Shown here in pieces: positions 39,001 through 51,500 of a stretch of DNA of 64,000 bases. The notes below the pieces were generated by a model. That model was not told the DNA's origin. It worked only from the letters and a program-made list of their open reading frames with translations, and searched no databases. Every line of letters starts with the position of its first letter. The first letter of the stretch is position 1. Location: assembly GCA_965655095.1 (NCBI GenBank), contig OZ296651.1, positions 64,046,001 to 64,110,000 on the forward strand, read 5' to 3'. The DNA comes from Haplodiscus bocki (taxonomy: Eukaryota). The position numbers and the translations under genes are program-made.

Positions 39001-39949
39001 GTAACAGTAGAAAACCAAAAACATCAGCTACAACGCAAGAAAATACCTAGAGACATAGACTGTAGAAGACCAAAAACACCAGCTACAACACATGAAAATA
39101 CCCGGAGACAGAGTTCTACGAAGAACATGGCTATCCAATGATTCATCCAATCCAACATCATGACAACCCTAACGACTTGTGCAATGACTTTCATCCAATT
39201 CATTGTCAACAAGGAAATGACAAAAAGGTTCCTCGGTTGCGCAATGATGGTTAGAACTTTACGTTGAATAGTCTCAGCCACGGGTTTCCAATAAGAACAA
39301 CACAATCCGCAGGCGACTGTTTTCGAATGGGCAGGACAATTAATCAATTCCTACGCCTCTGCCTACCTTCAACGCCGCCCTTAGGCTCAAAAGAAAGCTC
39401 TTAACCCACTTACAGTTCAATCAATTCGGTTAACACTGATGAAGACGATAACACACTGGACGAACTCCCTGATGCTGCCGATCCAACCATAGATGACGAC
39501 GAAGACAACCTGATATGCGCAATGAACTTAAATGCCGACAACTATCGAATTTGTTGAGCCAAAGCAACCTACCACGCTGCCCTGAGGAATCTGGATGCTT
39601 CCCGAGTTGAAAAGACGCTCACAGCCACGTAGGCTTCCCTCTTAGATACCAGAGCTTTAATTACGAAACTTTATGATGAAGCTAAAACAATTGATCTTGA
39701 TTTCTCCACGATCTTGGCTGAGCAAATTCAAGACCCAGTTCTTGGCATTGCTCGATCATGGCAACGGAAAGGAGCCTCACCCGATACAAAATCACCTGAG
39801 ATTAAGCAGTCGAAGGAACTCCTTCGATATTGCCAAGGGTTCGAGCGCCTTTTGATAGACGGACAAATGTTATGCTATAATGAACCTTCCGACAAACTGG
39901 AAGATGAGAACCTACGAATTGGTCTAACACTATCACTTTTCTTAGCCGA

Positions 39950-41060
39950 GTAGGTTTGGACACTATAATGGATTGGGTGAACACATGGGCGCTTCGTAAA
40001 GCTACAACAATGTGAAACGATTTTACTACTGGCCTGATATGTTTTACTGGATCTGTTCACACTGCTGATTTTCTTAATTGTCAGTTTAACAAACGAAAAC
40101 CTGAACACCGGAATGAAAGCCCATTGGAAGAATGGCAAAAACGACTGTTCCATTCTGCACGATCCACATCGATTGCAAAGGACCCCTTCATCCACCAAGT
40201 AATGGAAATTTTCCTTGTCTCTTGGTTGTTGATGCTTTTTTTCGCTTCTTAATGGTATACCCAGTTAGTATTACTGGTGCCCAACATGCAATCTCGGCTG
40301 TCCAGAAACGGATACTCTTTTGGAATCCCTCAGTCTATTGCACACGACCGAGTCACTGCGTTCAATACCGACTTCATCAATTGGACTAAAGAATTGGGAA
40401 TCACCTTACGACCCCGAACAGCACACTCGTCTTGAACTAATGCTGACATTGAGACACAGAATCAACACATCCTTCGCTTTTGGCAAAATGATGCTGGAAA
40501 CAAATGGTCTTCCCTGGCACCGCAATTGGCTTTTGCTCACAATACAAGTGTCAATTTCACTTTTGGAAAAACCCCCTGCGAGATAGTATTTGGTACAAAT
40601 CCTCAAATCCCGATGTCTTTGAAGCTTGGACTCTGCTGCAACAAACATTAACTCTGCTGTTCAGACTTCAGCAAGGACTTCCCACCTCACTCTCATAGGG
40701 AGAACAGCTTTAAAATTCAGTTACTGGACAACTTAGTGCGACCTCAACTTCCTCAATCTTTTCTGGAGGTCGAACGTGGCTTTAAACGAACCTACTCTGC
40801 TACTTTTGAACGATGCTTCGAGCAATCCGCTAGATCACACGCTTAGAGAAACCGATTCAAAATGAGACAACACCTCGACGTAGGCCAAAAAGGTTCTTTG
40901 CGACAATTACCGTCAAGATCTCCAATGACAAAAGCTCCAACAATGATGACTCGAACTATTCATAGCCACTAAATGTATCGCGAACACAACCTTTCAAATA
41001 CAAGATGACAATGATTCTACGACTACTAAGACTGTGTACCGTAATCACGTAGTCTAATCT
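39950..41060 (+). pseudogene. Gypsy integrase (frameshifted)
   Basis: HMG...FYYWPDM, PFCTIHIDCKGPL..LLVVDAFFRF, GIPQSIAHDR, LGITLRPRTAHSS*TNADIE, PCEIVFG, and a GPY-like tail. Confidence 0.9.
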
Positions 41061-44000
41061 AAGCATAAAGAACCAACTCTGCCTCCGATGATCGAAGAAT
41101 ATGTACCCACGGATAGACGCCATGAAAATTTCTGTGGGAGATTTATGGAACAACGAATTCAGAAGTTAAACAACCCCAAACAGCCTGGCGTCGAAGATTG
41201 CCTTCCATTTTCTATCGAGCTTTTACGTGCTGTTCCTGCTGCACTTCCGAGACGACAATTCAGCAATATTAGCCGTGATTCCAGAGTCAACTCTCTTCAA
41301 GCTCTTTCACCAGAAATGCCAGTAACGCCTGATAATGCGCATTCTCCTCAGCCTTATCTGATGCCATCAACTTCACGAATGTATCCTCCTAGCCTCAAAT
41401 CCACCTAACCAACATTCAACTCCAATTCAACAGTTTATCCACAATTGCCGGATAACCGGGAATAAGGAACCTAAAAACAACTGTTCCCAGCATGATCATC
41501 CTCACCCACATTCTGTGCTCTGAACTCTCACCCGACAAGGGTTTAAACTCTAAAACTTCACATTTTGCATCTATTTATCCCCTTTTGCTGATGTGTTTTG
41601 TATAATGCGGAGCTTACTAGGTTTATACTCTGCTTTCACTTTTTTTTGTTGCAGATCACCATGACCAAGTGTCACGAAATTTATCCCAACTGCATTTGGC
41701 ATATTCCACGTGAATGGAACAGCTTGAATTACTTACTATTCAGCACTTCTCACAAAAGTTTACTGGAGCTACTCTACCAACATAGTCCGTGTTTGCTTCA
41801 CTCCACTTTTCCTACAACTTCGAAAGTAGATGTCAGGAGAAAAGTCAACAAACGGGTTCATTTTGGGTGCAAGGCATGGCCGGTCTTTACCAAATTCCAT
41901 GCCACCTTTCCCTTATAGGTTCCGACCCTTTACTTGACTATTTACTTTCCCATCTTCCTACCCATTTTCCATCACACATTTTTCACTACATTGTTTTTGA
42001 AAATTCTAATAATGCGTCTGTCAATTCAATCGGCTCTTCTGTTTCTTCTTTCCATTCTGACCATTCAACCTATTTTTCTGGAACATTTCTATAATTTACT
42101 TTATTTTTGTGCAATCCCAAAATCTTACCACACGGACGGGCACAGCACAGTATTGAAGACCGGCGACGGCTAAATTGCCACCGACGGCCGGCAAGGGAGC
42201 TCGGAGGCTTTAAATCCTGATGAAACGACCGAAAATGGCAAGCAACTCCAGCTGCTCCCGTCTTTCCGCAATAGTCCAGGCGAGGAACAGCTGCAGACAC
42301 TGCAAATTTTTTAGCCGGTTGTACACTGGGACGAAGCCTTCATCCGGCAGATGATTCTTTCGATGAATCTCTTGTACTCTCATATCTTCTTCCTTTACTT
42401 AACTATTTGGCTCTTTTTCCTTTCGATGGATCCTTTGCATTCCTCCTATTCTTTCCGCCTATCCGAACCTGACGCCTACCCTACACACAGGACACGTATT
42501 TCAACCCCAAAAACGGTACTACGACAAGCGTAGTAGAATGAAGAAGACGGAAGCAAAAAAAAATCGAATTGACCAAATATTATTTTTTTAATCCCATTTT
42601 TCTTAAAATGTTTTTTATTTTAATTATTTCTTCCCTAAAGAAACCTAGTAATAGAATAGTAAAATAATTATATAGTACATACTTGAAACAGCAATGAAAG
42701 TACCTGACGACTTTGTTCTGAGGTTTGCTATGATTCGATGTATGTGAAATTTGACGGACAAATGAAATCATTCAAACGAATTGAACTGACATACGATTCA
42801 ACAACCATTCTGATTCATACTCGAACTGAAACAGGATTGGAAGAGGTGTACAAGCGCCCGTCCGCTTCGCCCTGTCTCTATCATTTGCGCAACCTCCTCT
42901 TCTTTAATATCTATATTCTGGGTGACATGGTTTGTGGAAACAAGGACCTTATCATCTAGATGACACTTATTCTTCTCAACATTGACGATCAACAACGAAT
43001 CATTGAGAGCCTAATCTTCAATAACACGACAAAGGAATGAAAATCATCACCAAATCGACCAGCGACGAACATATATCAACCTTTGTCTGCACCCTTGGAT
43101 CCTCTCACTACGCATTCATCGTAGCCCTCTTCAAAAATCCCCCACCAGTTGTTACAAATTGTCAGGATGGAAATTTCTAGATGACAACCATCTTCCTCGA
43201 AATAAATGACGAGTATTACATCAATTGCCTAACCTACAATCTTACAACTGATTGTTCAAAATTGACTCAGCAAATATCGAGACTTGGGGAATAAGTTGTC
43301 TTCCAGAATCATCGAAGTTTGCATTTATCGAGTCTTTTCAAGAACCCTGCAACCAATTTTATGAGCATAAACCGGACCATTTAAACAATATATACCCCAA
43401 CTACAACGTGAATGAACCCACTATAAATAACTCTGAATCGACCTGGTGATTACAAGACGCATCTGACTTACTTTCGCTGCTAGTGGACATCAATTTCACT
43501 CTGAGGAGAACACTTCATAATTACTATCTTTGGGATACGTTGATTGAAGTCCTCTACAAGTCAAACTTCGGGCTCTTGGGAATCTGCTCGCGATAATCTT
43601 TATTTCCATAACAGTCGGAGAGGAAGAGATCGCCAACCTCTTTGTGACCTTAAAGATCTCCAAAACATTGGACAAACGGGAAACCGAAGTTGGACGATCT
43701 TCTGGGTTATATGGACAAAGAACCTTAGGAGATTTAACGAGCTGTCACACATAACTATCCTGCACGCTTTTTTCTATCTTTTTGACATTTGAACTCAATA
43801 TATATCAAGTGCCTCTGGCAGCACCCTTCTACGAGCAACAAAATGGAGTTCACGAAAATTGAGTGGAGCGGAATATCTTACCCAATTGTAATAACAACCC
43901 ATAGCTTGAGACACTTTAACGAGGAACCTGGAGAATACCAATTAGGCCAAGGAGTGAAACGTTAACGATTCTCTCACCAGCCCTGCAAGATTTCACAAAA

Positions 44001-44169
44001 TTTCAGCACTTCCTAACACTCATCCTCTAACCAGAAACATAGTTAAAGAGCTCCTTAGACAATGTCAATCTTCGGTCTCTGATGGTAATCCCAGTGATTG
44101 AACATCCTCTAAAATATTCGGCGATGATGCTATTTCTTTTCCAAATCCTCGTGTTGTGTTCCGAGGTTG

Positions 44170-45485
44170 TTCACAGTTCAGCTCCAGACGCAGACCAGGT
44201 TGCAATGAACTCACTTTGATTGTGGCGCAATGACAGAAAACACCCTCCACGCTCTCAACCAGGTAAGACAATGCCACATTACACCTGAAGAACTGGAAAA
44301 CAATCAGACCCGAATCATACTCTACACTAAGTATTTCTGGAAACAATTGAATGCAACAAAATGTCGAATACAGCATCAGCGAGAAAAATCGCATTGTGGA
44401 CACAATGATCACAGTAGTATTGACCACACCATTGCTGGAACTACTGGCGACTTAGTGATATCACCCGAACAATGTCGCTCTTTCAAAAGGCAAGATTATC
44501 TGGCTGATCTCTTTTTGGGAGTTGAATACGCTACAGAAGATTCCGTCGTGATGGTGTAGATAGTCTCAAGAATGACGATAATTGAACCATTACGACAAAA
44601 GAGTTTGGTTTACACGTGATACATTCCTCCTTCGCATGCAAAGAGCGACTGCGAAGGTCAGATTGTCCCTCTCGGAAAGTTTTATCCGATTCAGCTCACG
44701 TATTGCCTTGTGCTTTGGAAGAGTTACGTTAAGTGACAGTTTCATTGGACCCCTATGCCTAAATATGGGACTACCCTGAGAACAGTGTTTTGTCAGTCCG
44801 TCCAACCGAAGACGTCAATATGGTGAAACAAGGAACAAAGTATTTTTTCAATAGTCGACCCGATCCAACAACTAAGTTTGTAATGGTAGTTAAAAATAAT
44901 CAACATAGACGTTGCGGAAAGCCAATGGTTATCTTCCCTACGACTTATGACTCAATCAATATAGCAATAATTGGCGAAGGCTTGGACTTGAGATCTGAGA
45001 AGAACCTTGGAAAGGAACGATTTGGTGCCATTCAACTTTTACAGTATTTTGCGCCCACCGACAACAATGGATTTGCTCAACTCTATGCCTTCGACCCAAA
45101 ACAAACGTCCCACTAAACGAGCGATGAGGATATGTATCTGAATATCGACTACGACATGCACATGGGAACAAAACTGGATTATATATTCTTTCAGAGTTCA
45201 AGACTACTTCAGGCTTCCGAAATTCCTTTTCTAAAAACCAATGCGAGCAGGAAGGAACCCAGATCCGCGCAATTCTGATCCTGTCTCTGCAAAACGCCTT
45301 TCCAGCAGGCTATATGCTTACCCAAAACCGCTCAATGTTCGAAACTAATGGCAGCCTAGCTTGGCTCTAACACTGCCCGTTGGTGGCTTCGCCATTTCAT
45401 ACCATGAACCAGTGTTACAGCCGAAAACCGATACGCTACGAAGGCCAAATCCAATTCGTTGGCCCTATCACGGGGCAAACTCACC
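44170..45485 (+). pseudogene. Envelope glycoprotein, class III fusogen-like (gB/chuvirus-G type), 3'-truncated
   Basis: HFDC..N..ALNQVRQC; NATKCRI..EKSHCGHNDHSS..ISPEQC; TKLDYIFF..NQCEQE..AGYML..GSLAWL*HCP..NQCY..PI..QFV.PIT. The Cys spacing recalls gB-type env of invertebrate LTR elements. Confidence 0.7.
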
Positions 45486-46121
45486 AAGTTGTGCACGGGT
45501 GAATAGGTGATTACGGGGAGGGAGTTGTTCGATACTGTAATCAATTGGTAAATTTTGATGTTTTCCTCACCGGGAACTTTCACCTGAAGATGCCAATTTA
45601 CTTGATATTGAGTTACTTACCTGTTGTTGATGACATACCCCTACGTGGCGGGCGTTGGGCTGTAGATGTCAACTATGTACAAGATTGTTGGAAAGAAGAG
45701 ACCATGCCAAATTTACATTTCCACAGAAAAAAACTATTGTATACTTATGGACAACTACTTACCATTATGTGAAATTATTTATTCTAATTGCAATCGGAGG
45801 CATGTTTTTTAGCGCAATAGCTAAAAAAACTCAGCTTAACTGTGCTTAATAGCAAAACAGTTTCACCAGAGATCAACACTTAGCTTAGCCCTATAACTCA
45901 CTGTTAGGTAAAAAAGGTTGACCGAAAAACTGTATTTTTTGTCGTATCTTTTTAGAGTTTGAATCATGGCAAGTAACTGAAGGCACAAGGACTACAAGTT
46001 TCTTGACCATGACAGCGCAAATAATTTTTGGAGTTTGAGTCAAGGCCAGTGGTGGAAGGCACACGGACTGCACATCACTGAACCTTGACAGCGCATGGCT
46101 AACTGAGTTATCTGGCTTTTC

Positions 46122-47121
46122 TCAATTGCTTGAAGATGGAGTTACAGCGAATTTCAGGCTAAGTTGTTCCTCACTAAGAGGCTTTTTGGGTGAAAGGGAG
46201 CAGACGTGGAACTGCTTGTGCTCCACTGTTGTCCCTTCTTCATCAGTGGCCGGCTTCAACCAAATAATTAATAAATAATTCGGAAGCCTTGATTCTCATT
46301 GATCGACTTCACAGACTCCTGAACTGTTTCATCTAATTGAAATCTGTCTAAAGCGGCGGAGTCAGGCTTTAAACATCTTGCCTGCTTGGAAACAAAGATA
46401 GCTGTCGATGCGTGAGAGAAGTGTTGAATTAGATCTCCGTTGTGGACGTCTCGAGTGAATTCATGGCAGCTAAACTCCTTAAGGAGCATCCATATCTTGT
46501 CTTGCGACGATTCCCTACAACCACACGGGTCATGGAAGGTTTGGCTGTCGCAAGCGTTCCCAGAGGAGCAGTTTTTGGCAATGACAGCCGAATCCACTGG
46601 CAGACTCTTGGTACAAAAACTGTAGAAGTGGAACTCAGTTGATGTTCCCTCAACATCATAGGGTGGCAAAGTGATAGATGTACTATGTTCCACAGGGACC
46701 AAGGGCTCTTTCGTCGAAATTAACGGCGTACCTCTTCAAGAAAGTTGGCCCTCGACATTCTCTTTAATTATGGCCACTTGAAGCCCAGGTCTCAAGGCTT
46801 CACTGTGGCGAAAGAGTCGTCGTGACTCTTCACTGTTTGGCGAAAACGTCACGACATTTGACGTGCCGGGCACTCTAAACACCACGAAACGGTGGTATTT
46901 TTCCACTTCTATTCTTTGAGTGGATCCGTACCCACGACTCGATTTTGCAAAAGTTAGTTTCTTTGACGGCTGACTTACGTATAACAGATTCGCCTGTACA
47001 AGATGCAAACGCGGCGTTTCGCTGTTATTCAACAGTTCGACTGAAATCGGCTGAAACTTGGATAATAAAGTCTGAGCTTGACTGAGGGATAGCGAGGCTT
47101 TAAGAAAACCGGGCTTTTTGT
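46122..47121 (-). pseudogene. Unassigned ~330-aa Cys-motif protein in unit 1 (other copies about 49254-50253, 52386-53385, 60616-61623)
   Basis: ORFs 46736-47032 and 46268-46702 are in frame across one TGA, then shift frame into WLKPATDEEG...HVCSL. Motif CSSGNACDSQ..DPCGC. A ttttttccag acceptor lies at 47122. Confidence 0.6.
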
Positions 47122-48033
47122 CTGGAAAAAATCATAAGCAATCAAAACCGACTCGAAATTCACGTCGTATCTGCGAAGGCTCAAAACAGTTCCTCCATAT
47201 TTTCAACTACTTTCTTAGCAACCATTTTCATTAGTACTTAAAAGCGCCGAATATTTATAAAGAAGCACATTTTTATTTCGTAGACATTCACAATTCTATA
47301 CACAACTTACCCATTGTCTCCGATTGCTTGTTAAAATTTTCATAAGTCAGGTTTATTTACAAATATTAACAGTTTGTACAGTTAAAGGATTATGGGAGAA
47401 AGTTTGTCAATGTTTCGTGATGAAAAAATGGGTAATATTAGCATAGATTTCGAATGCACACAAAAACACCGAAAACTTTACTTCTTTCAACAAAAACCGG
47501 ACCCTCAGTTTTGGAGAGTTTTTTTATTTTGTGTATTTTCGTTGTTTTTGGTTTTTCGTTTTTTTTTAATTGTTCTTTGTGTGTTTTTTTGGGGGAGGGG
47601 GGTTTTTTCTCGGGTTTATGTATTTTTGTTATTTTCCAATTTTTTGTTTGAGGCAGGTTGTTTTGAGCACAGCTAATTTTGAAGAAGGCGAGATGAACTC
47701 AAGAAGTGGAAATGGGAAGAAGGACGAATCGCTTCCCCAAGTTAAGCTGGCAATCCTGTTGAACAGGCCGGGACTCCTTTTGTAAGCTTCCTTGTTCTCC
47801 TGCAGCCCGGAGAGACCTGTTGTAACAAGAATTAAGGAAACACAAGTAGCAAACAAAATGGAAAGAGGCGGTCAGTTTAAGCCACAAGTGGCTTAAACTG
47901 ACGAAGCAGCGGAACGAAGCAGAAAAAGGAAGATGTTTCAGATTTTGCCGAATTATCGCACAATTTTGCCTACAGTTTGTTTTAAGAGATCACTTGTTTG
48001 ATGAGCACTATCGTTAATTTTAAAGGAGGCGTT

Positions 48034-48561
48034 TTAGAGATGTAAGTATTTAAAATTGTCTTCCAAAACTCGATTGTTTTGGACATCCAAATCACAAATG
48101 AATTGTCTCGGTCGGTCCCCAGGTTTTCTTGATGTTCCCAATGGCAACTTCTTTTTGTCTTCTTTTCTCTTTCGAACTAAAATTACAACAAAACGGCAAG
48201 GATACTTCTTTTCCAGATCTTTCAATGAAATTTTAACTTGATCACGAGACATCACTGGCAAACTTTCATTTTCTAAGTGCGGCGGCAACGTTTACGAGTT
48301 CATTATGGTGTTATGAAAAATTATCACTGTGTTAGGATTGAAACTTGAAGCATCATTGAATAACTTATCTGCATTTTTTTCTCTGTTAGGATGATTCAAC
48401 TTCGCTCCTTCTTTGGCAAACAGTTTGAATTGCACGTTTCCTTGCATTTGAGGACCATAATTCTTGTTGTTGCATTTCCCATTGCAAGTACAAATAATCA
48501 AGGGCTGCCTCTCAAAAGAGACCAGATTGCTTGCACCCACAATTGTAATTCTCGTTGCCCT
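48034..48561 (-). pseudogene. SGNH/GDSL-hydrolase-like gene in unit 1 (other copies 51166-51693, 62535-63062)
   Basis: ORFs 48292-48540 and 48034-48288 are in frame across one TAA. RITIVGASNL (block I-like), EGAKL (block II-like), VIIFHNTIMNS (block III-like), YLHL (block V-like). Confidence 0.45.
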
Positions 48562-51500
48562 TTACTGAACTGAAAGAATGATTACAGGCTAAATATCTTG
48601 GAAGACAATACCGTTGTTAAATCAGAGTGTACCTCACACTACCAGCTGTAGGAATGTTTTGAAGGTTGGAAAGAATTAAACGCACTCCCATTAATGCTGA
48701 GGTCAAAAACCAAAATTTTAATTTGACCGATCAGATGGTTTCTAAATACAGCGGTTGAATTGAACGAAAATAATATCAGGCCTCCTGAGTACAGCAAAAA
48801 CAATCTTATTGAAGAGTTACTCAATTAAAAAGTTTTGAGCGTTTTTTGAAACATCTGAATTAAGACAAGTTTTTGATTACAACGATTCAAAAATTAACTT
48901 CGCCTGGGCAATTTTCTGTTAAAAGTATTCAGCGGTTTATAAAAAATTTGAATTAGGACATATTTATCATTACAACTAATACAAAGAACTTCCTAGTAGG
49001 CAAAAATGGATTGAAAACAACAATGGTGCATTAGTATAAAGCACAAACAAAAATGAAAGCTACCTCTAAAACCTAAACCTACAAATTCCATGGAAAATAG
49101 TAAATTTGAAAATTCTACTGTTGAAGTTTAAAAGCGTGGAAAGCACAAGGACTACACACGCAAATATAAAAGTTTCAATTGTTGTGGAAGGCACAAGGCC
49201 TAAACATCACTGAACCTTGACAGCGCATGGCTAACTGAGTTATCTGGTTTTTCTCAATTGCTTGAAGATGGAGTTACAGCGAATTTCAGGCTAAGTTGTT
49301 CCTCACTAAGAGGCTTTTTGGGTGAAAGGGAGCAGACGTGGACCTGCTTGTGCTCCACGGTTGTCCCTTCTTCATCAGTGGCCGGCTTCAACCAAATAAT
49401 TAATAAATAATTCGGAAGCCTTGATTCTCTTTGATCGACTTCACTGACTCCTGAACTGTTTCATCTAATTGAAATCTGTCTAAAGCGGCGGAGTCAGGCT
49501 TTAAACATCTTGCCTGCTTGGAAACAAAGATATCTGTCGATGCGTTAGAGAAGTCTTGAATTAGATCTCCGTTGTGGACGTCTCGATTGAATTCATGACA
49601 GCTAAACTCCACAAGGAGCATCCATATTTTGTCTTGCGACAATTCCCTACAACCACACGGGTCATGGAAGGTTTGGCTGTCGCAAACGTTCCCAGAACAG
49701 CAGTTTTTGGCAATGACAGCCGAATCCACTGGCAGACTCTTGGTGCGAAAACTGTAGAAGTGGAACTCAGTTGATGTTCCCTCAACATCATAGGGTGGCA
49801 AAGTGATAGATGTACTATGTTCCACAGGGACCAATGGCTCTTTCGTCGAAATTAACGGCGTACCCCTTCAAGAAAGTTGGCCCTCGACATTCTTTTTAAT
49901 TATGGCCACTTGAAGTCCAGGTCTCAAGGCTTCACTGTGGCGAAAGAGTCGTCGTGACTCTTCACTGTTTGGCGAAAACGTCACGACATTTGACGTGCCG
50001 GGCACTCTAAACACCACGAAACGGTGGTATTTTTCCACTTCTATTCTTTGAGTGGATCCGTACCCACGACTCGATTTTGCAAAAGTTAGTTTCTTTGACG
50101 GCTGACTTACGTATAACAGATTCGCCTGTACAAGATGCAAACGCGGCGTTTCGCTGTTATTCAACAGTTCGACTGAAATCGGCTGAAACTTGGATAATAA
50201 AGTCTGAGCTTGACTGAGGGATAGCGAGGCTTTAAGAAAACCGGGCTTTTTGTCTGGAAAAAATCATAAGCAATCAAAACCGACTCGAAATTCACGTCGT
50301 ATCTGCGAAGGCTCAAAACAGTTCCTCCATATTTTCAACTACTTTCATAACAACCATTTTCATTAGTACTTAAAAGCGCCGAATATTTATAAAGAAGCAC
50401 ATTTTTATTTCGTAGACATTCACAATTCTATACACAACTTACCCATTGTCTCCGATTGCTTGTTAAAATTTTCATAAGTCAAGTTTATTTACAAATATTA
50501 ACAGTTTGTACAGTTAAAGGATTATGGGAGAAAGTTTGTCAATGTTTCGTGATGAAAAAATGGGTAATATTAGCATAGATTTCGAATGCACACAAAAACA
50601 CCGAAAACTTTACTTCTTTCAACAAAAACCGGACCCTCAGTTTTGGAGAGTTTTTTTATTTTGTGTATTTTCGTTGTTTTTGGTTTTTCGTTTTTTTTTA
50701 ATTGTTCTTTGTGTGTTTTTTTGGGGGAGGGGGGTTTTTTCTCGGGTTTATGTATTTTTGTTATTTTCCAATTTTTTGTTTGAGGCAGGTTGTTTTGAGC
50801 ACAGCTAATTTTGAAGAAGGCGAGATGAACTCAAGAAGTGGAAATGGGAAGAAGGACGAATCGCTTCCCCAAGTTAAGCTGGCAATCCTGTTGAACAGGC
50901 CGGGACTCCTTTTGTAAGCTTCCTTGTTCTCCTGCAGCCCAGAGAGACCTGTTGTAACAAGAATTAAGGAAACACAAGTAGCAAACAAAATGGAAAGAGG
51001 CGGTCAGTTTAAGCCACAAGTGGCTTAAACTGACGAAGCAGCGGAACGAAGCAGAAAAAGAAAGATGTTTCAGATTTTGCCGAATTATCGCACAATTTTG
51101 CCTACAGTTTGTTTTAAGAGATCACTTGTTTGATGAGCACTATCGTTAATTTTAAAGGAGGCGTTTTAGAGATGTAAGTATTTAAAATTGTCTTCCAAAA
51201 CTCGATTGTTTTGGACATCCAAATCACAAATGAATTGTCTCGGTCGGTCCCCAGGTTTTCTTGATGTTCCCAATGGCAACTTCTTTTTGTCTTCTTTTCT
51301 CTTTCGAACTAAAATTACAACAAAACGGCAAGGATACTTCTTTTCCAGATCTTTCAATGAAATTTTAACTTGATCACGAGACATCACTGGCAAACTTTCA
51401 TTTTCTAAGTGCGGCGGCAACGTTTACGAGTTCATCATGGTGTTATGAAAAATTATCACTGTGTTAGGATTGAAACTTGAAGCATCATTGAATAACTTAT

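Larger units (their letters stand above)
35950..45485 (+). mobile_element. Large env-bearing Ty3/gypsy (errantivirus-like) element, decayed; gag, protease and own LTRs not seen
   Basis: Collinear macrodomain, RT, RNase H, integrase, extra ORF remnants and envelope on one A/C-rich strand. Confidence 0.85.

Noticed and set aside
47390-47890. Hydrophobic short ORFs in each tandem unit as membrane proteins
   Set aside because: They arise from T-rich low-complexity sequence and are frameshifted differently among copies.
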